Origin: Myxococcales bacterium
GTDB lineage: Bacteria; Myxococcota_A; Polyangia; Polyangiales; Polyangiaceae
Length of the DNA: 27,837 bases
Assembly (NCBI GenBank): GCA_043747615.1
Contig: JAYTOU010000014.1
Span: forward strand, 1 to 27,837
Direction: 5' to 3'
Part shown: positions 8,827-18,320 of the stretch, one piece after another
Layout of the letters: every line of letters begins with the position of its first letter
Numbering within the stretch: position 1 is the first letter of the stretch
Translations under genes and position numbers: made by a program
Notes under the pieces: model-generated
Told to the model about the DNA's origin: nothing
The model's input: only the letters and a program-made list of their open reading frames with translations
Databases searched by the model: none

Positions 8827-8836
8827 GCCGGCGTCG

Positions 8837-11134
8837 ATGGCCCGTCCCGCTCAACCCCCCTCTGTCCTTTCGCGGCTGCTGGCGCGTCGGGCGCTGATGC
8901 CGTTCGCGACGAGCGTCATCTATGTCGCGGCGGCATCCCTGCGCGCGGCAGAGGGGCGTGGCGTTCGACCGTGGCTCGTGGCGCTCTTTGCGACGGGTCT
9001 GGCTCTCCGAGCGGCGTGGCGCGACAGACGAGAAGACGCTCTCGCCGAGTGGGGCCTAGCGATAGTTCTTGCGTCCATGGGAGCACCGGAAGGCGGCGCA
9101 TGGCTCGGCGCCTTCGGGAGTATCGGCGCAGGGGCGGCGTGCATCGGAGCGCAGCTCGCGATCGCGCGAATTCAGCCGATGGGGGGTGAGCCGATCGTCC
9201 TCTCGAGCAGGACGTCGCCGCGGATGGGGCTCACGGCGCTCGTCGTTGTCTGGGCGCTCGCGGTCGCTTCGCACGTGGAGGCGGCGATGGGATCCTCGCG
9301 CGTCGGGCTCGCGCCCACGATTTTCGCCGGGTTCGCGGCGGGGATTCTCCTTCTGTCCTGTCTCAAAGCCACACGCGAGCGTCTCCTCGAGCTAGGGATC
9401 GTCGATCGGTTGCGCGCATCCGCTGCGGCGATCGCCGTGATTCTCGCGCTCGCTGCGTGGGCAGCACTCGCCGGCCTGGGAACGACGGAGCGGCTCGTGC
9501 GCCTCGCGCTCTCCTTTGCCGCGCTGGTGACCGTTCGGCTCTCGCTTCACGGAGACGCCGTTGCCATCGCGCGCTCGTCGCGTCATGCGCTCGTGCTCGC
9601 AGCAACAGGCGGCGCTCTCATCATGCTCGGCGCGATGACGGCGATGGGACGCCCCTTCGACGCCGGCGTGATCACGATCGTCACCGCGCTCGTGGCGCTC
9701 TTCGTCGGCGTGATGGGACCGTCCCTCGCATCCCCGTTTCGGCCGGCGCAAGGCGCGTGGCTCGATGCCGTAGAAAAAGCCCAGACGGCGCTCCTCCGAT
9801 CGGATCCTGAAGAGGCGCTCGCTCAAGTGCTGGTGGCATTGCGAGAGCCCGCAGGCGCTGCGGAGTCGCCGGAGATCTGGACGTTCGGTCCGCCGACCGT
9901 GATGCGCATCGATGCGGCGGGCTACGCGCGCGAACGCGAGGGCCTCTGTCCGGATGGCATCCTCGAGGTCGCGGCGCGTGAGCCCGAGGCCACCCTGCGC
10001 ATCGAGGTGCTCGACGCCGTCGAAGTACGCCGCCCAGATTTGCGGTCGATTCACCGCTGGATGGAGGAGCGAGCTGCCCTTGCCGCGACGGTGGTAACCC
10101 GCGGCGGCGAGGCCGAAGCCCTCCTCGTCATTCCCCGCGGCATGCGAGGCGAGCACCTGTCACTCGAGGAAGCGCGGGCGATCAAGCGTCTGGCCGATCA
10201 GCTCGCGTCGGTCTGCCATTCACGCGGCGCCCTCACCCGAAGCTTCGAGCGCGAACGTGCCGCGAAGCTTCTCACCGAGCAAGCCGAGGAGCGGGCCGCG
10301 CGCCTCCAGCACTCCGCCGACGTAGATGCCGAGCGGCATGCGCGCGCCACCGCAAGGCTTGCCCGTCCGGCGACGGTCGGAGTGTACTCGGCCGCATCCC
10401 GTCTCGCCTACGACGCGCTCGAGCGACGAACCCGCGGAGCCGTGCCCGTGATCGTCGTCGCCGCTAGCGGTGTCGATCCCATTCCTTACCTCGCGCGCGC
10501 CCATCTGTCGGGGGCGAGGAGCTCGGCGCCGCTCGTTCTCGTCGACGGGACGGCAGCACGCGAGCACGATGTGAAGCGCTGGATCGATCCGGCGTCGTCG
10601 CCTCTCGCGCACGCCGATCACGGGATGCTCGTTCTCGTCGACGGCGCCGCTCTCCCCTTGGACGTGCAAATCTTGGTGGGTCGCGCGCTCGCCGAGAAGC
10701 GAGCCCCGTGGGAGCGAGCCGAGCCACTCGACGTTCTCTTGGCGCTGACCGCGGTAACCGATCCGGGCGAGCTGCTGGCTGCGGGTCGTCTCGATCCTCT
10801 TCTCGCGTCGCGCCTGGGTGACGCGATCGAAGCACCGATCCGCCTCCCGCGCATTCGCGAACGCTCGGAGGACGTTCGCGCGATCTTGACGGATCGCCTG
10901 GCGCGCGAAGGTCTGCGCGTGCGCGGTGTCCCCGTCGGTCTCGACCATGGGGCCTACGCAAAGATGGTCGAGTACGACTTTCCTGGCGAGGACGCAGAGC
11001 TGTCCACGATCGTCCAGGCGCTCGTGGCCGAATGCACCGGGGACGTGGTCCACGCCGCCGACGTGGAGCGCCTAGCGCTCAGCGCTCCGTCCGAGCCTCC
11101 CGCCAAATTCAAGCCTGGCGTGCGGTTGGCCTAG
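8837..11134 (+). CDS. Multi-pass membrane protein with a GAF-like region and a degenerate sigma54-activator (bEBP) AAA+ domain, no HTH
   Basis: N-terminal ~300 aa with many hydrophobic helices. The C-terminus keeps bEBP remnants (ARAH..GARSSAPLVLVD, ADHGMLVLVDGAALPLDVQ, IRLPRIRERSEDV, YDFPGEDAEL). Start 8825 or 8837. Confidence 0.75.
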   Translation: MARPAQPPSVLSRLLARRALMPFATSVIYVAAASLRAAEGRGVRPWLVALFATGLALRAAWRDRREDALAEWGLAIVLASMGAPEGGAWLGAFGSIGAGAACIGAQLAIARIQPMGGEPIVLSSRTSPRMGLTALVVVWALAVASHVEAAMGSSRVGLAPTIFAGFAAGILLLSCLKATRERLLELGIVDRLRASAAAIAVILALAAWAALAGLGTTERLVRLALSFAALVTVRLSLHGDAVAIARSSRHALVLAATGGALIMLGAMTAMGRPFDAGVITIVTALVALFVGVMGPSLASPFRPAQGAWLDAVEKAQTALLRSDPEEALAQVLVALREPAGAAESPEIWTFGPPTVMRIDAAGYAREREGLCPDGILEVAAREPEATLRIEVLDAVEVRRPDLRSIHRWMEERAALAATVVTRGGEAEALLVIPRGMRGEHLSLEEARAIKRLADQLASVCHSRGALTRSFERERAAKLLTEQAEERAARLQHSADVDAERHARATARLARPATVGVYSAASRLAYDALERRTRGAVPVIVVAASGVDPIPYLARAHLSGARSSAPLVLVDGTAAREHDVKRWIDPASSPLAHADHGMLVLVDGAALPLDVQILVGRALAEKRAPWERAEPLDVLLALTAVTDPGELLAAGRLDPLLASRLGDAIEAPIRLPRIRERSEDVRAILTDRLAREGLRVRGVPVGLDHGAYAKMVEYDFPGEDAELSTIVQALVAECTGDVVHAADVERLALSAPSEPPAKFKPGVRLA

Positions 11135-11212
11135 GCGGCGTAGCCCTATGGGTACCGGTGGTTGCCACGAGGCTTGTCGGGGCGCTTTTCAACGTGGTAA
11201 TCGTGTTCCCCC

Positions 11213-11938
11213 ATGGAAAAGAGACGCTCTGTCCTTCCCGCCTTTCTCATCCCCGCCCTCGGCCTGCTTGGCTTTGCCGCGGGCTGCGGAAGTAGCGACG
11301 AGCCGTACAAGCCGGTCCCCGCGTGGTCGGGCAAGAAGGCAAACCTCCCGCCCGTCCCTGCGCTCTCGACGGCGCCCGTGAAATCGGCCGATTCATACAC
11401 GATCTACGGCGCGATTCACCACATGCGCAGCGTCAACCACAACGCCGAGGTCACCGCCAAAGAGATCTCTCTCATCGGGTACATCGTCGACTCGAACATC
11501 GCGAGCGCGCCGGCGTGCGCCGTCCACAAGACCGGTAAAAAAGATCCGGATGGATGCGTCACCGAGATTCCTGCGTTCACGCTCGCCGATGCGAAAGGGG
11601 ACATCGACCCCAAGCACCCGCACATCAAGGTCATGGGCTGGGCCTCGAACTTCGCGAACGTCTTCGACGCGATCCAGAAATACAAGAACCTGAAAGAAGC
11701 GCCGAAAGAGCCTCTCCGCGACGAAGTGTGGTCGACCGAGATGCCGTTCCCGCTCCCCGCCGTCGGCGCCAAGGTGAAGGTCACCGGGAAATACGGCGTC
11801 AACTTCGCGAAGTCGTCTTCGGGCATCGCCGCCGATCCGCTCAGCGGCATCATGACGTACACGAAGATCGAAGTGCTCGAGCCCGCGCCTGAGCCGGCTG
11901 CATTCGCCACCGCGGCGAACGACACCAAGAAAAAGTAA
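11213..11938 (+). CDS. Putative lipoprotein of unknown function
   Basis: Signal peptide MEKRRSVLPAFLIPALGLLGFAAG-C with a lipobox. One internal Cys pair; a GAKVKVTGKY strand hints at an OB-like fold. Confidence 0.8.
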   Translation: MEKRRSVLPAFLIPALGLLGFAAGCGSSDEPYKPVPAWSGKKANLPPVPALSTAPVKSADSYTIYGAIHHMRSVNHNAEVTAKEISLIGYIVDSNIASAPACAVHKTGKKDPDGCVTEIPAFTLADAKGDIDPKHPHIKVMGWASNFANVFDAIQKYKNLKEAPKEPLRDEVWSTEMPFPLPAVGAKVKVTGKYGVNFAKSSSGIAADPLSGIMTYTKIEVLEPAPEPAAFATAANDTKKK

Positions 11939-11945
11939 TCGCCCG

Positions 11946-13055
11946 CTATTCCGACGGAAGCGCGAAAAACGCTTCGAGCTCGTGGCGAGCGCGCGGAGAC
12001 GCGACCGGCGCGAGAATGGCGAGGAGGCGCTCTCTCTCCATTGCCTGAAAAACGAGGGGGCTGGCGTGGAGATCGCGCTCAGCGGCGAACGCACCCGCTG
12101 CCCGTGCGAAGGTAGCGTCGTCGCCCCACGCGTTCGCGGTCGGGAGCTCCGCCTTTTCGTCCGAGGCCGCGAGCTGCGCGTCGGCCAGGCTGCGCTCGCC
12201 CAGCATGGTGAGCACGACGTGAGCCTCTTTCCAGGAGCGCGGGCTCATCAAGCGTTTCAGCGAACGACCGAGCGCGGCGTGAAGGGCTTCTTCTGGAGCG
12301 GCGCGAAGAGCGCGGGTGACGAGGGTTCGCCCGGCGCGCGAGTCCACGAGCTCGAGCGTCTCTCGCGACCACACGAACGGAGGCTCCGCGCGGTCCATCG
12401 TGGCGAGATCGGTGAGCGGCGTCTTGTTCAGGAAGCTCGTCATAACTTGCGAGAATCGAACTGCCCGCACCGCGCTGCCATGCGCCGGGAGCTCGCTCAA
12501 GGTTCGCGGTGTGCGGACGACGCTCACCCGCCGAAGCTCGGGCCACGCCGTCAAACGCTCGGGGGGCACCTCTCCGAGAAACGTGCTCGAGCCGACCCAC
12601 CACGACACCGTGGTATCCGTGCGCGCGATCTCCAACACCCGTGAGAAAAGCGTGTGACGCGAGAGGGCATCGGCTGCGGTTCTAGGCGACGCAATTCGCG
12701 CAAGCGTGAGGTCGACGAGATCGAGCAGTCTCGTCGGCGCATTTCCGTGGAAGACTCCGGTCAGCGACGGATGCGTGGACTGCACGACGTCGTGGAGGCA
12801 CGCGGCGAGCCCCCACTCGCTCTCGGTCAAATCTTCTACGCGATCGACGGGCACTAATTTTCGCGCGCAGCGAATACGTGCAAGTTGCACATGAGCGTAG
12901 CGATCAATGTCCGTCACCGTTCGCTCTGCACCGATCGCCAGCGCCGCTCGCCCGCCTATGGGCCGGCCCGGATGCATCTCGCCGCCCGTGACCAGGGGGG
13001 CGATGAAGCCCAAAAAAAGCCTCTCCGCGATGCTTCCGAGATCGACCTTGGCCAT
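11946..13055 (-). CDS. Hypothetical protein, 369 aa
   Basis: Long ORF starting 9 nt after the stop of the 500-aa gene. Contains a conserved-looking block, LSRHTLFSR..RTDTTVSWWVGSSTFLG..PPERL.AWPELRRV. Confidence 0.75.
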   Translation of the reverse strand: MAKVDLGSIAERLFLGFIAPLVTGGEMHPGRPIGGRAALAIGAERTVTDIDRYAHVQLARIRCARKLVPVDRVEDLTESEWGLAACLHDVVQSTHPSLTGVFHGNAPTRLLDLVDLTLARIASPRTAADALSRHTLFSRVLEIARTDTTVSWWVGSSTFLGEVPPERLTAWPELRRVSVVRTPRTLSELPAHGSAVRAVRFSQVMTSFLNKTPLTDLATMDRAEPPFVWSRETLELVDSRAGRTLVTRALRAAPEEALHAALGRSLKRLMSPRSWKEAHVVLTMLGERSLADAQLAASDEKAELPTANAWGDDATFARAAGAFAAERDLHASPLVFQAMERERLLAILAPVASPRARHELEAFFALPSE

Positions 13056-13064
13056 CGCGCGGCG

Positions 13065-14567
13065 TCAGCCCGACTCACTCTTGGCGAGCGGGTCGGGTGG
13101 TTCGACGGCTCCGAGGGGAAACGCTCCGAGGGGCGCGAGGCGCAGGTCGACGGCGCGTTGCTGGAGCGCTGCGTCGATCGACTCGGCGATCACGGGCTCC
13201 CATGGTTTGGCCTCGATGAGTGACGCTTCGAGAGACACGAACGCCGATGCTTCGACGGCTAGAGCGCGTGCTTCGGTGGTGACGAAGAGAACCGCCGACG
13301 CGGGTGCACCGAGCGCGCGGTAGAGAACGTCTGGTGCGACCGCGGGCGTCACGTCGTAGCCCGCAGGAATGTAGAGGTTCGGATGGATCTCGACGAAGAA
13401 CGTACCCAAGGGGATGGCTTCGATCCCGCTGGGCGAGCGCACGAAGGCACCCTTGGCCGTAACCGCGATTTGCGTCCGCGCAATCGTTTGGCGCGGAAGG
13501 GCGTAGGCCAGACGGCGAAGGAGCGGAAGCTCCTCGGTGCGAATCCAGGTCGCGGTCACGTTTCGCCACGGCGAAGGAGAGGGCATGATCCGCAGCGGTA
13601 CGCTCACGTTCTCGGGCTTCGAGTGTCCGGTCGCAATCGAGATCTCGCGTTCCGATTCGCCGCGCAGCTCGACGCGTGCGAACGCGCGAAGATCCCCCAT
13701 TTGCGGGAGACGCCCGAGGGCCCAGGGCTCGTCTCCTCGTCCGCGAAGAAGGACCAGCCCGTTTGGATCGAAGATCGGACACGCGCGAAGATGGACCGGA
13801 TGACGGTAGCCAAGCTCCACCGCGACGCCCGCGCCGGCCGGAAGAAACGTAGTGATTCCCGGCGTTTTTTCCAAGAGCGGACGCATGCGCGCCGGCAACT
13901 CGGGAACGCGCAGAATGTAGCGACGCACCAGTCCTTCATCGAACGCGCTCGCCGGCGGCCACTCACCAACCGCCACTTCGCCTTCCACGCGCGAGCGCAC
14001 GAGGTAGTGAATGAGCGCGGGTCCTAGCCCTTGCTCAGCCACCATGAAGCGCACGCCGCTGTCTTCTGCGGTCGACGGATCGACGTGGGGCATCAGGCGC
14101 AAGAGGAGCGACCTCAGGTCGACGAGCTTCTCGACGTCGTACGCTTGCGTGAAGCGGTCGTGGTAGAGGGCGAGCGCCGCGTCGGTCGCCAGGAGCTGCG
14201 AGGCGTCGTAACCGAAGGGCGCTCCCGCGTCGCGGTATTGGACGAAGTGCCTGCTCGTTCCGGTGAAGGTGAAACCGCCAACGAGACGCGCAGTTTCCGA
14301 CATGCGGTCCATGCGGTCGCTCGACTCCGCCGCGAAAGCCAGCGTAATTTCACTGGTTCCGAGCTTCGATCGCACCAGCTGAATTTCCAGGCTGGACGTC
14401 AGGTCTTCCAGCGAGTGCTCGCGCGTGTAGACGCTGAGCAGCGCCACCAAGCGATCGATCGACGGCAGGAGGATCAGCCCCTTTGCACCGAGAGCGACGC
14501 CTTTCGCATCGAGTCCGAGACCCGGCGTGCGAAGGCGCGTTTGGTGGATGGCGATCCGCTCGAGCAT
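13065..14567 (-). CDS. Hypothetical protein, 500 aa, resembling an FtsH ternary conflict system accessory (fvmX7-like) domain protein
   Basis: Long ORF. The segments VAVELGYRHP, VSVPLRIMP and LYIPAGYDVTPAVAPD..AFVSL recall, from memory, the fvmX7-type domain. The family call is unverified. Confidence 0.55.
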   Translation of the reverse strand: MLERIAIHQTRLRTPGLGLDAKGVALGAKGLILLPSIDRLVALLSVYTREHSLEDLTSSLEIQLVRSKLGTSEITLAFAAESSDRMDRMSETARLVGGFTFTGTSRHFVQYRDAGAPFGYDASQLLATDAALALYHDRFTQAYDVEKLVDLRSLLLRLMPHVDPSTAEDSGVRFMVAEQGLGPALIHYLVRSRVEGEVAVGEWPPASAFDEGLVRRYILRVPELPARMRPLLEKTPGITTFLPAGAGVAVELGYRHPVHLRACPIFDPNGLVLLRGRGDEPWALGRLPQMGDLRAFARVELRGESEREISIATGHSKPENVSVPLRIMPSPSPWRNVTATWIRTEELPLLRRLAYALPRQTIARTQIAVTAKGAFVRSPSGIEAIPLGTFFVEIHPNLYIPAGYDVTPAVAPDVLYRALGAPASAVLFVTTEARALAVEASAFVSLEASLIEAKPWEPVIAESIDAALQQRAVDLRLAPLGAFPLGAVEPPDPLAKSESG

Positions 14568-14640
14568 CTAGGCTGCTGGAGCGTAGTGCACTTTCGCGCG
14601 TCGGGGAACGCGCCGGCCCGAGTGCGGATCGCTTGGTGAA

Positions 14641-15366
14641 CTAGCCCCAGATTCGCACCGCGCCCAGTACGGCGGCGGCGACGGTTTCCGTTCGGAGCAC
14701 GAAGCTTCCGAGGGAGACGATGTCCCATCCGGCACGGCGCGCGGACATCACCTCTTCCTCGGTGAGACCACCTTCGGGACCAACGGCGAAAGCGATCGGA
14801 GCGGCCGACTCAAGCGCGCGGATGAGCGCCGGGCCGAGCGGGATCTCGGCTTTTTCGTACAGGCAAAACTTACGAGAATTTTCTTTCACCTGGGCGAGCG
14901 CGTCCTGCCAACTCCCGGTGCCCACGCTCGGCGGATCCCCCCGACCACACTGGCGGGCGGCCTCCTGAGCGATGCGCTCCCAGCGCGTGCGTCGCTCTTC
15001 GAGTCGAGCTTCGTCGAGGCGCACGATGCTTCGCGTGGTGGTGGCCACGATGACCGACGTCGTGCCGAGCTCGGTCGCGTCGCGGACGATGGCGTCGCAT
15101 TTGTCGCCTTTGGCCAACCCTTGAATGAAGGTGATCTCTCGGTCGGCGATGATGGCCGCATGGCGGAGCGGACCGACTTGAACGACGAACGCGTTCTCGT
15201 CGTTCTGTTCGATCTCGGCATCGGCCTCTCGTCGCGCGACGGGATCGAACGCGGTGATCGTCGTCCCGACGCTCAAGCGAAGAACCCGACCGAGGTAGTG
15301 GCCAGTCTTCGCGTCGAGGATCATCACCCCCTCTTGAAGCTTGGGAATGGGGGCACGCACGCGCAT
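14641..15366 (-). CDS. rsmE: 16S rRNA m3U1498 methyltransferase
   Basis: HYLGRVLRL, KGDKCD..ATELG, EAARQCGR, VGPEGGLT, SLGSFVLRTETVA. Confidence 0.93.
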   Translation of the reverse strand: MRVRAPIPKLQEGVMILDAKTGHYLGRVLRLSVGTTITAFDPVARREADAEIEQNDENAFVVQVGPLRHAAIIADREITFIQGLAKGDKCDAIVRDATELGTTSVIVATTTRSIVRLDEARLEERRTRWERIAQEAARQCGRGDPPSVGTGSWQDALAQVKENSRKFCLYEKAEIPLGPALIRALESAAPIAFAVGPEGGLTEEEVMSARRAGWDIVSLGSFVLRTETVAAAVLGAVRIWG

Positions 15367-15373
15367 CGTGACG

Positions 15374-16246
15374 CTAGTTTCGCCTAAAAACGAGCGCGAT
15401 CCACTCTCCTTTTTGAGGAGTGTCGATGAGCTCGAAGCCCGCGTACGCCAAGGCTACGTGGTCCTTCTGCGGAAAGAGCACACCCGACAGGACAAGGAGC
15501 CCGCCCGGATTCACACGCGCGCTGATGGGATTGGCGAGCCTGATGAGCACGTCTGCCTCGATGTTGGCGACTACGGTGTCGAACATCTCGGAGACTTCTT
15601 CGACAGGAGTGGTGTCCGTTTCGACGCGGGAGCTCAGGCCGTTTCGCGTGGCGTTCTCCCGGACCACCTCGATCACGTCGGGGTCGTTGTCGACGGCGCG
15701 GGCCTTCGATGCGCCGAGCACGAGGGCCACAACTGACAGGATCCCGCTACCGCAGCCGACGTCGAGAATGGCGCGGCCGCGAAAGCTCTCGGCGTGCAAC
15801 GCGAGCACCTCGGCGACGAGGGACGTCGTCTCGTGCAGCCCGGTTCCGAAGGCGCGTCCAGGCTCGAGCTCGATGACATGCTCCACACCCGCCGCGCGCT
15901 CGTACGTCTCCCACGGCGGACGCACTACCACTCCGGAGCACAGCACGAACGGACGAAAATGAGCCTTCCATGCATCGCGCCAGGCGTCGCCGACGATCTC
16001 TTCGAGCCGCGCCGCCCAGCTCGCATCGACCGCGCCGAGCGCCGCACGCGCTTCCTCGTGCGACTCGAAGCTCGCCACCAAGGTGCGTTTTCCCGGCGTG
16101 CCTTTCACGAGGGTCGTCGCGTCGCGCTCTTCAACTCCGCCTGCTCCGAGCTCGAAGAGGAGCGCGCTTGCCTCGTCTGCGTCCGCTTCGTCTACGTCGA
16201 CGAGAAGGAACGGAAAGCGCGGTTCAGGGGCGTCGGAGCTACTCAC
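15374..16246 (-). CDS. prmA: Ribosomal protein L11 methyltransferase
   Basis: W..AWKAHFRP, LEPGRAFGTGLHETT, LDVGCGSGILS, VVANI, LVLSGVL. Adjacent to rsmE, as is common. Confidence 0.92.
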   Translation of the reverse strand: MSSSDAPEPRFPFLLVDVDEADADEASALLFELGAGGVEERDATTLVKGTPGKRTLVASFESHEEARAALGAVDASWAARLEEIVGDAWRDAWKAHFRPFVLCSGVVVRPPWETYERAAGVEHVIELEPGRAFGTGLHETTSLVAEVLALHAESFRGRAILDVGCGSGILSVVALVLGASKARAVDNDPDVIEVVRENATRNGLSSRVETDTTPVEEVSEMFDTVVANIEADVLIRLANPISARVNPGGLLVLSGVLFPQKDHVALAYAGFELIDTPQKGEWIALVFRRN

Positions 16247-17186
16247 CGATGGTCACGCTGACGGTGCCGTTCTTCATGCCGGGGGGGTTGTTGTTCGGAT
16301 TGGATGCGCCGCTCTTGAAGACGCCTGCCGCGGCGAGACCGCCTACGATTCCTGCGGCGACGACGATCCCAACGCCGAGAGCCACCGGAAGCACCCACCC
16401 TTTGCTCGGCTCGGGCACGGCCACGCGAAGCGGAGCTCCCGCATCTCCGCGCGAGATGATCGGCAGTCCGCCCTTGTCGAGCCCCTCGACGTAGTACTCG
16501 ACGAGCGGAGGGTTCACCGCCGTCGCCGGGATCGTTGCGCGCGCCGTTCCCCCCTGGAGCGTGGCGTCGATCTGGTTGAACTTACCTTTTGAGCCGGTGC
16601 GAAAAAACACGAGCACCCTCTGCACGCGGTGCTGTGGGTCCTCAAGCTTTGCCGTGAGCGGGATGGCCGTTTTCGGATCGACCTGCGACGGCGACGCATG
16701 GCCCATGGTGACCGGCGCGGGAGCGGCCTCCAGCGCGGTGACCAAGCCAGGCTTTCCTTCGTCCTCCCACTTTTGTTTCGTGGTCGCGAAAAAATCCCGG
16801 AAGCGCGGTGACTCGGACGACGGAAGGGCGTAGTTCGGATCGAGCGCAAGAAGCCCGCGAACCGCGCTCTCCGCCTCTTCTTTGCGGTTGAGCGTTATGT
16901 AATTGAGCGCGAGTAGGCGGTAGATGTCGAGCTTCTGCTCCTGCGTGTTGTTGGGGCGGACGAGCGCGGCGCTCAAGGTCTGGATCGACTCTTCGTACTG
17001 CTGATCGTCGAAGAGCGCGCGACCGCGGCCGATGAGATCTTGGCGCGGAGCCGCGGGCTGCGTGGTCCCCGGAGCCCTTGGTTGGGCCATGGCCGGGCCG
17101 CTCGACAATAGGACGCCATGAAGCGCGCATGCGAGCGCGAGAATGGTCGCGGGTCGAGTGCGGATCATGCGCGGAAGGGTAATCAC
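16239..17186 (-). CDS. Exported TPR-like protein with a beta-sandwich domain and a C-terminal membrane anchor
   Basis: Signal peptide ending AMA-Q, TPR-like helices (GRALFDDQQYEESI..EAESAVRGLLALDP), a VEYYVEG beta domain and a hydrophobic C-terminal helix. Start is GTG 17186 (GTGA overlap) or ATG 17168. Confidence 0.75.
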   Translation of the reverse strand: MITLPRMIRTRPATILALACALHGVLLSSGPAMAQPRAPGTTQPAAPRQDLIGRGRALFDDQQYEESIQTLSAALVRPNNTQEQKLDIYRLLALNYITLNRKEEAESAVRGLLALDPNYALPSSESPRFRDFFATTKQKWEDEGKPGLVTALEAAPAPVTMGHASPSQVDPKTAIPLTAKLEDPQHRVQRVLVFFRTGSKGKFNQIDATLQGGTARATIPATAVNPPLVEYYVEGLDKGGLPIISRGDAGAPLRVAVPEPSKGWVLPVALGVGIVVAAGIVGGLAAAGVFKSGASNPNNNPPGMKNGTVSVTIGE

Positions 17187-17566
17187 AACCAGAGCGCGAC
17201 GCCATCGCTCGTTTCCTCTACGGGGAACGCGAAGAGGCGGGCTCCGATGCACGGGCCGGTGACACACGCTCCGTCCGTGGGGCGGTAGATGGCGCCGTGC
17301 GCGTGACAAAGAAGATGCACGCCGTCCTCGGCCATCACGCCTTCGCCTTCGTCGGCAGCGCGCGCATCCAGGGCAATCGCTTGATGACGACACAAGTTGG
17401 CGAAGGCACGTAGGTCACCGCCCACCCAGCCGACAAGCGCCGTCTCCGCGAACGATCCATCGCGCATCTCGACGAGCCTGCCCAGTTCCACGCGGACGAA
17501 GTGGCCCATTTTCGCGCCGGATCGTTCCGCTTCGGACAAGACGAAGGAGTGCCTCGTCGCGCTCAT
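17183..17566 (-). CDS. Rieske [2Fe-2S] domain protein
   Basis: CxH (NLCRHQ) and CxxH (LCHAHGAIY) motifs, plus GACVTGPC. Start at ATG 17566. Confidence 0.9.
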   Translation of the reverse strand: MSATRHSFVLSEAERSGAKMGHFVRVELGRLVEMRDGSFAETALVGWVGGDLRAFANLCRHQAIALDARAADEGEGVMAEDGVHLLCHAHGAIYRPTDGACVTGPCIGARLFAFPVEETSDGVALWL

Positions 17567-17574
17567 CGTGCGCT

Positions 17575-18297
17575 CTAGCCTCCGATGCGGTGGTTCACTG
17601 CAAAGTACACGCGTCGTGCGGGTACCGAATGCAGGCAACGCCGCCGAGCGGGGATCGAGCGCGGAATTTTCATCCCATCGGAGAGCACCATCGCCGTCAG
17701 GCGCCCGCCGTAGACGCAGCCCGTGTCGAGCCCCGTGGCCCACGGATGAAGCTGCAGACCGCCGAGCGCGTTGTGCCCGAATACAATGTGCGGCGGACCT
17801 TCGTAGAGGGTGCCCCAGCGCACGAATGCAGCCTTCTTCGCCGAGCCCCGCGCGTCACGCACGTTCACCGTTTTCACCGAAACCGAGCGAATGTGGAGCA
17901 GGGTCTGCGGATCTTGCTTTTCGATCGGCAGGCCGGGAAGCAGCCCTGCGTGGATGATGCGCGCGCCATGCTCCGGAAGATCGAACCAGTAAGGAGCCGT
18001 ATGGAGGAGCGTCCAGTCGACCTCGCGGAGCGAGAGGGCCACCTCGAGATGAATCTTTCCGAGGGGTACGCTCGGATCGGTCCGCCACGCGATGAGCTTC
18101 TCTTCGTGATTGCCGCGCACGATGATCGCGCCGGTCCGCCGCGCGACGTCGAGTACGCCGAGGGAGTCTGGTCCGCGTGCGATGAGGTCGCCCACGAAGA
18201 TCAAACGGTCGCCCGAAGTGAACGCCACAGCATCGAGCAACGCCTCGAGCTCCAGGCGGCAACCATGGACGTCGCCGATGATGACCGTTTTTCCCAT
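17575..18297 (-). CDS. Calcineurin-like metallophosphoesterase (ApaH/PPP-like)
   Basis: GDVHG, GDLIARGPDS, RGNHE, IHAG, FGHN and LDTGCVYGG. Start at ATG 18297. Confidence 0.9.
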   Translation of the reverse strand: MGKTVIIGDVHGCRLELEALLDAVAFTSGDRLIFVGDLIARGPDSLGVLDVARRTGAIIVRGNHEEKLIAWRTDPSVPLGKIHLEVALSLREVDWTLLHTAPYWFDLPEHGARIIHAGLLPGLPIEKQDPQTLLHIRSVSVKTVNVRDARGSAKKAAFVRWGTLYEGPPHIVFGHNALGGLQLHPWATGLDTGCVYGGRLTAMVLSDGMKIPRSIPARRRCLHSVPARRVYFAVNHRIGG

Positions 18298-18320
18298 CGA
18301 AGAGAGAGACTGTAGCCCGA

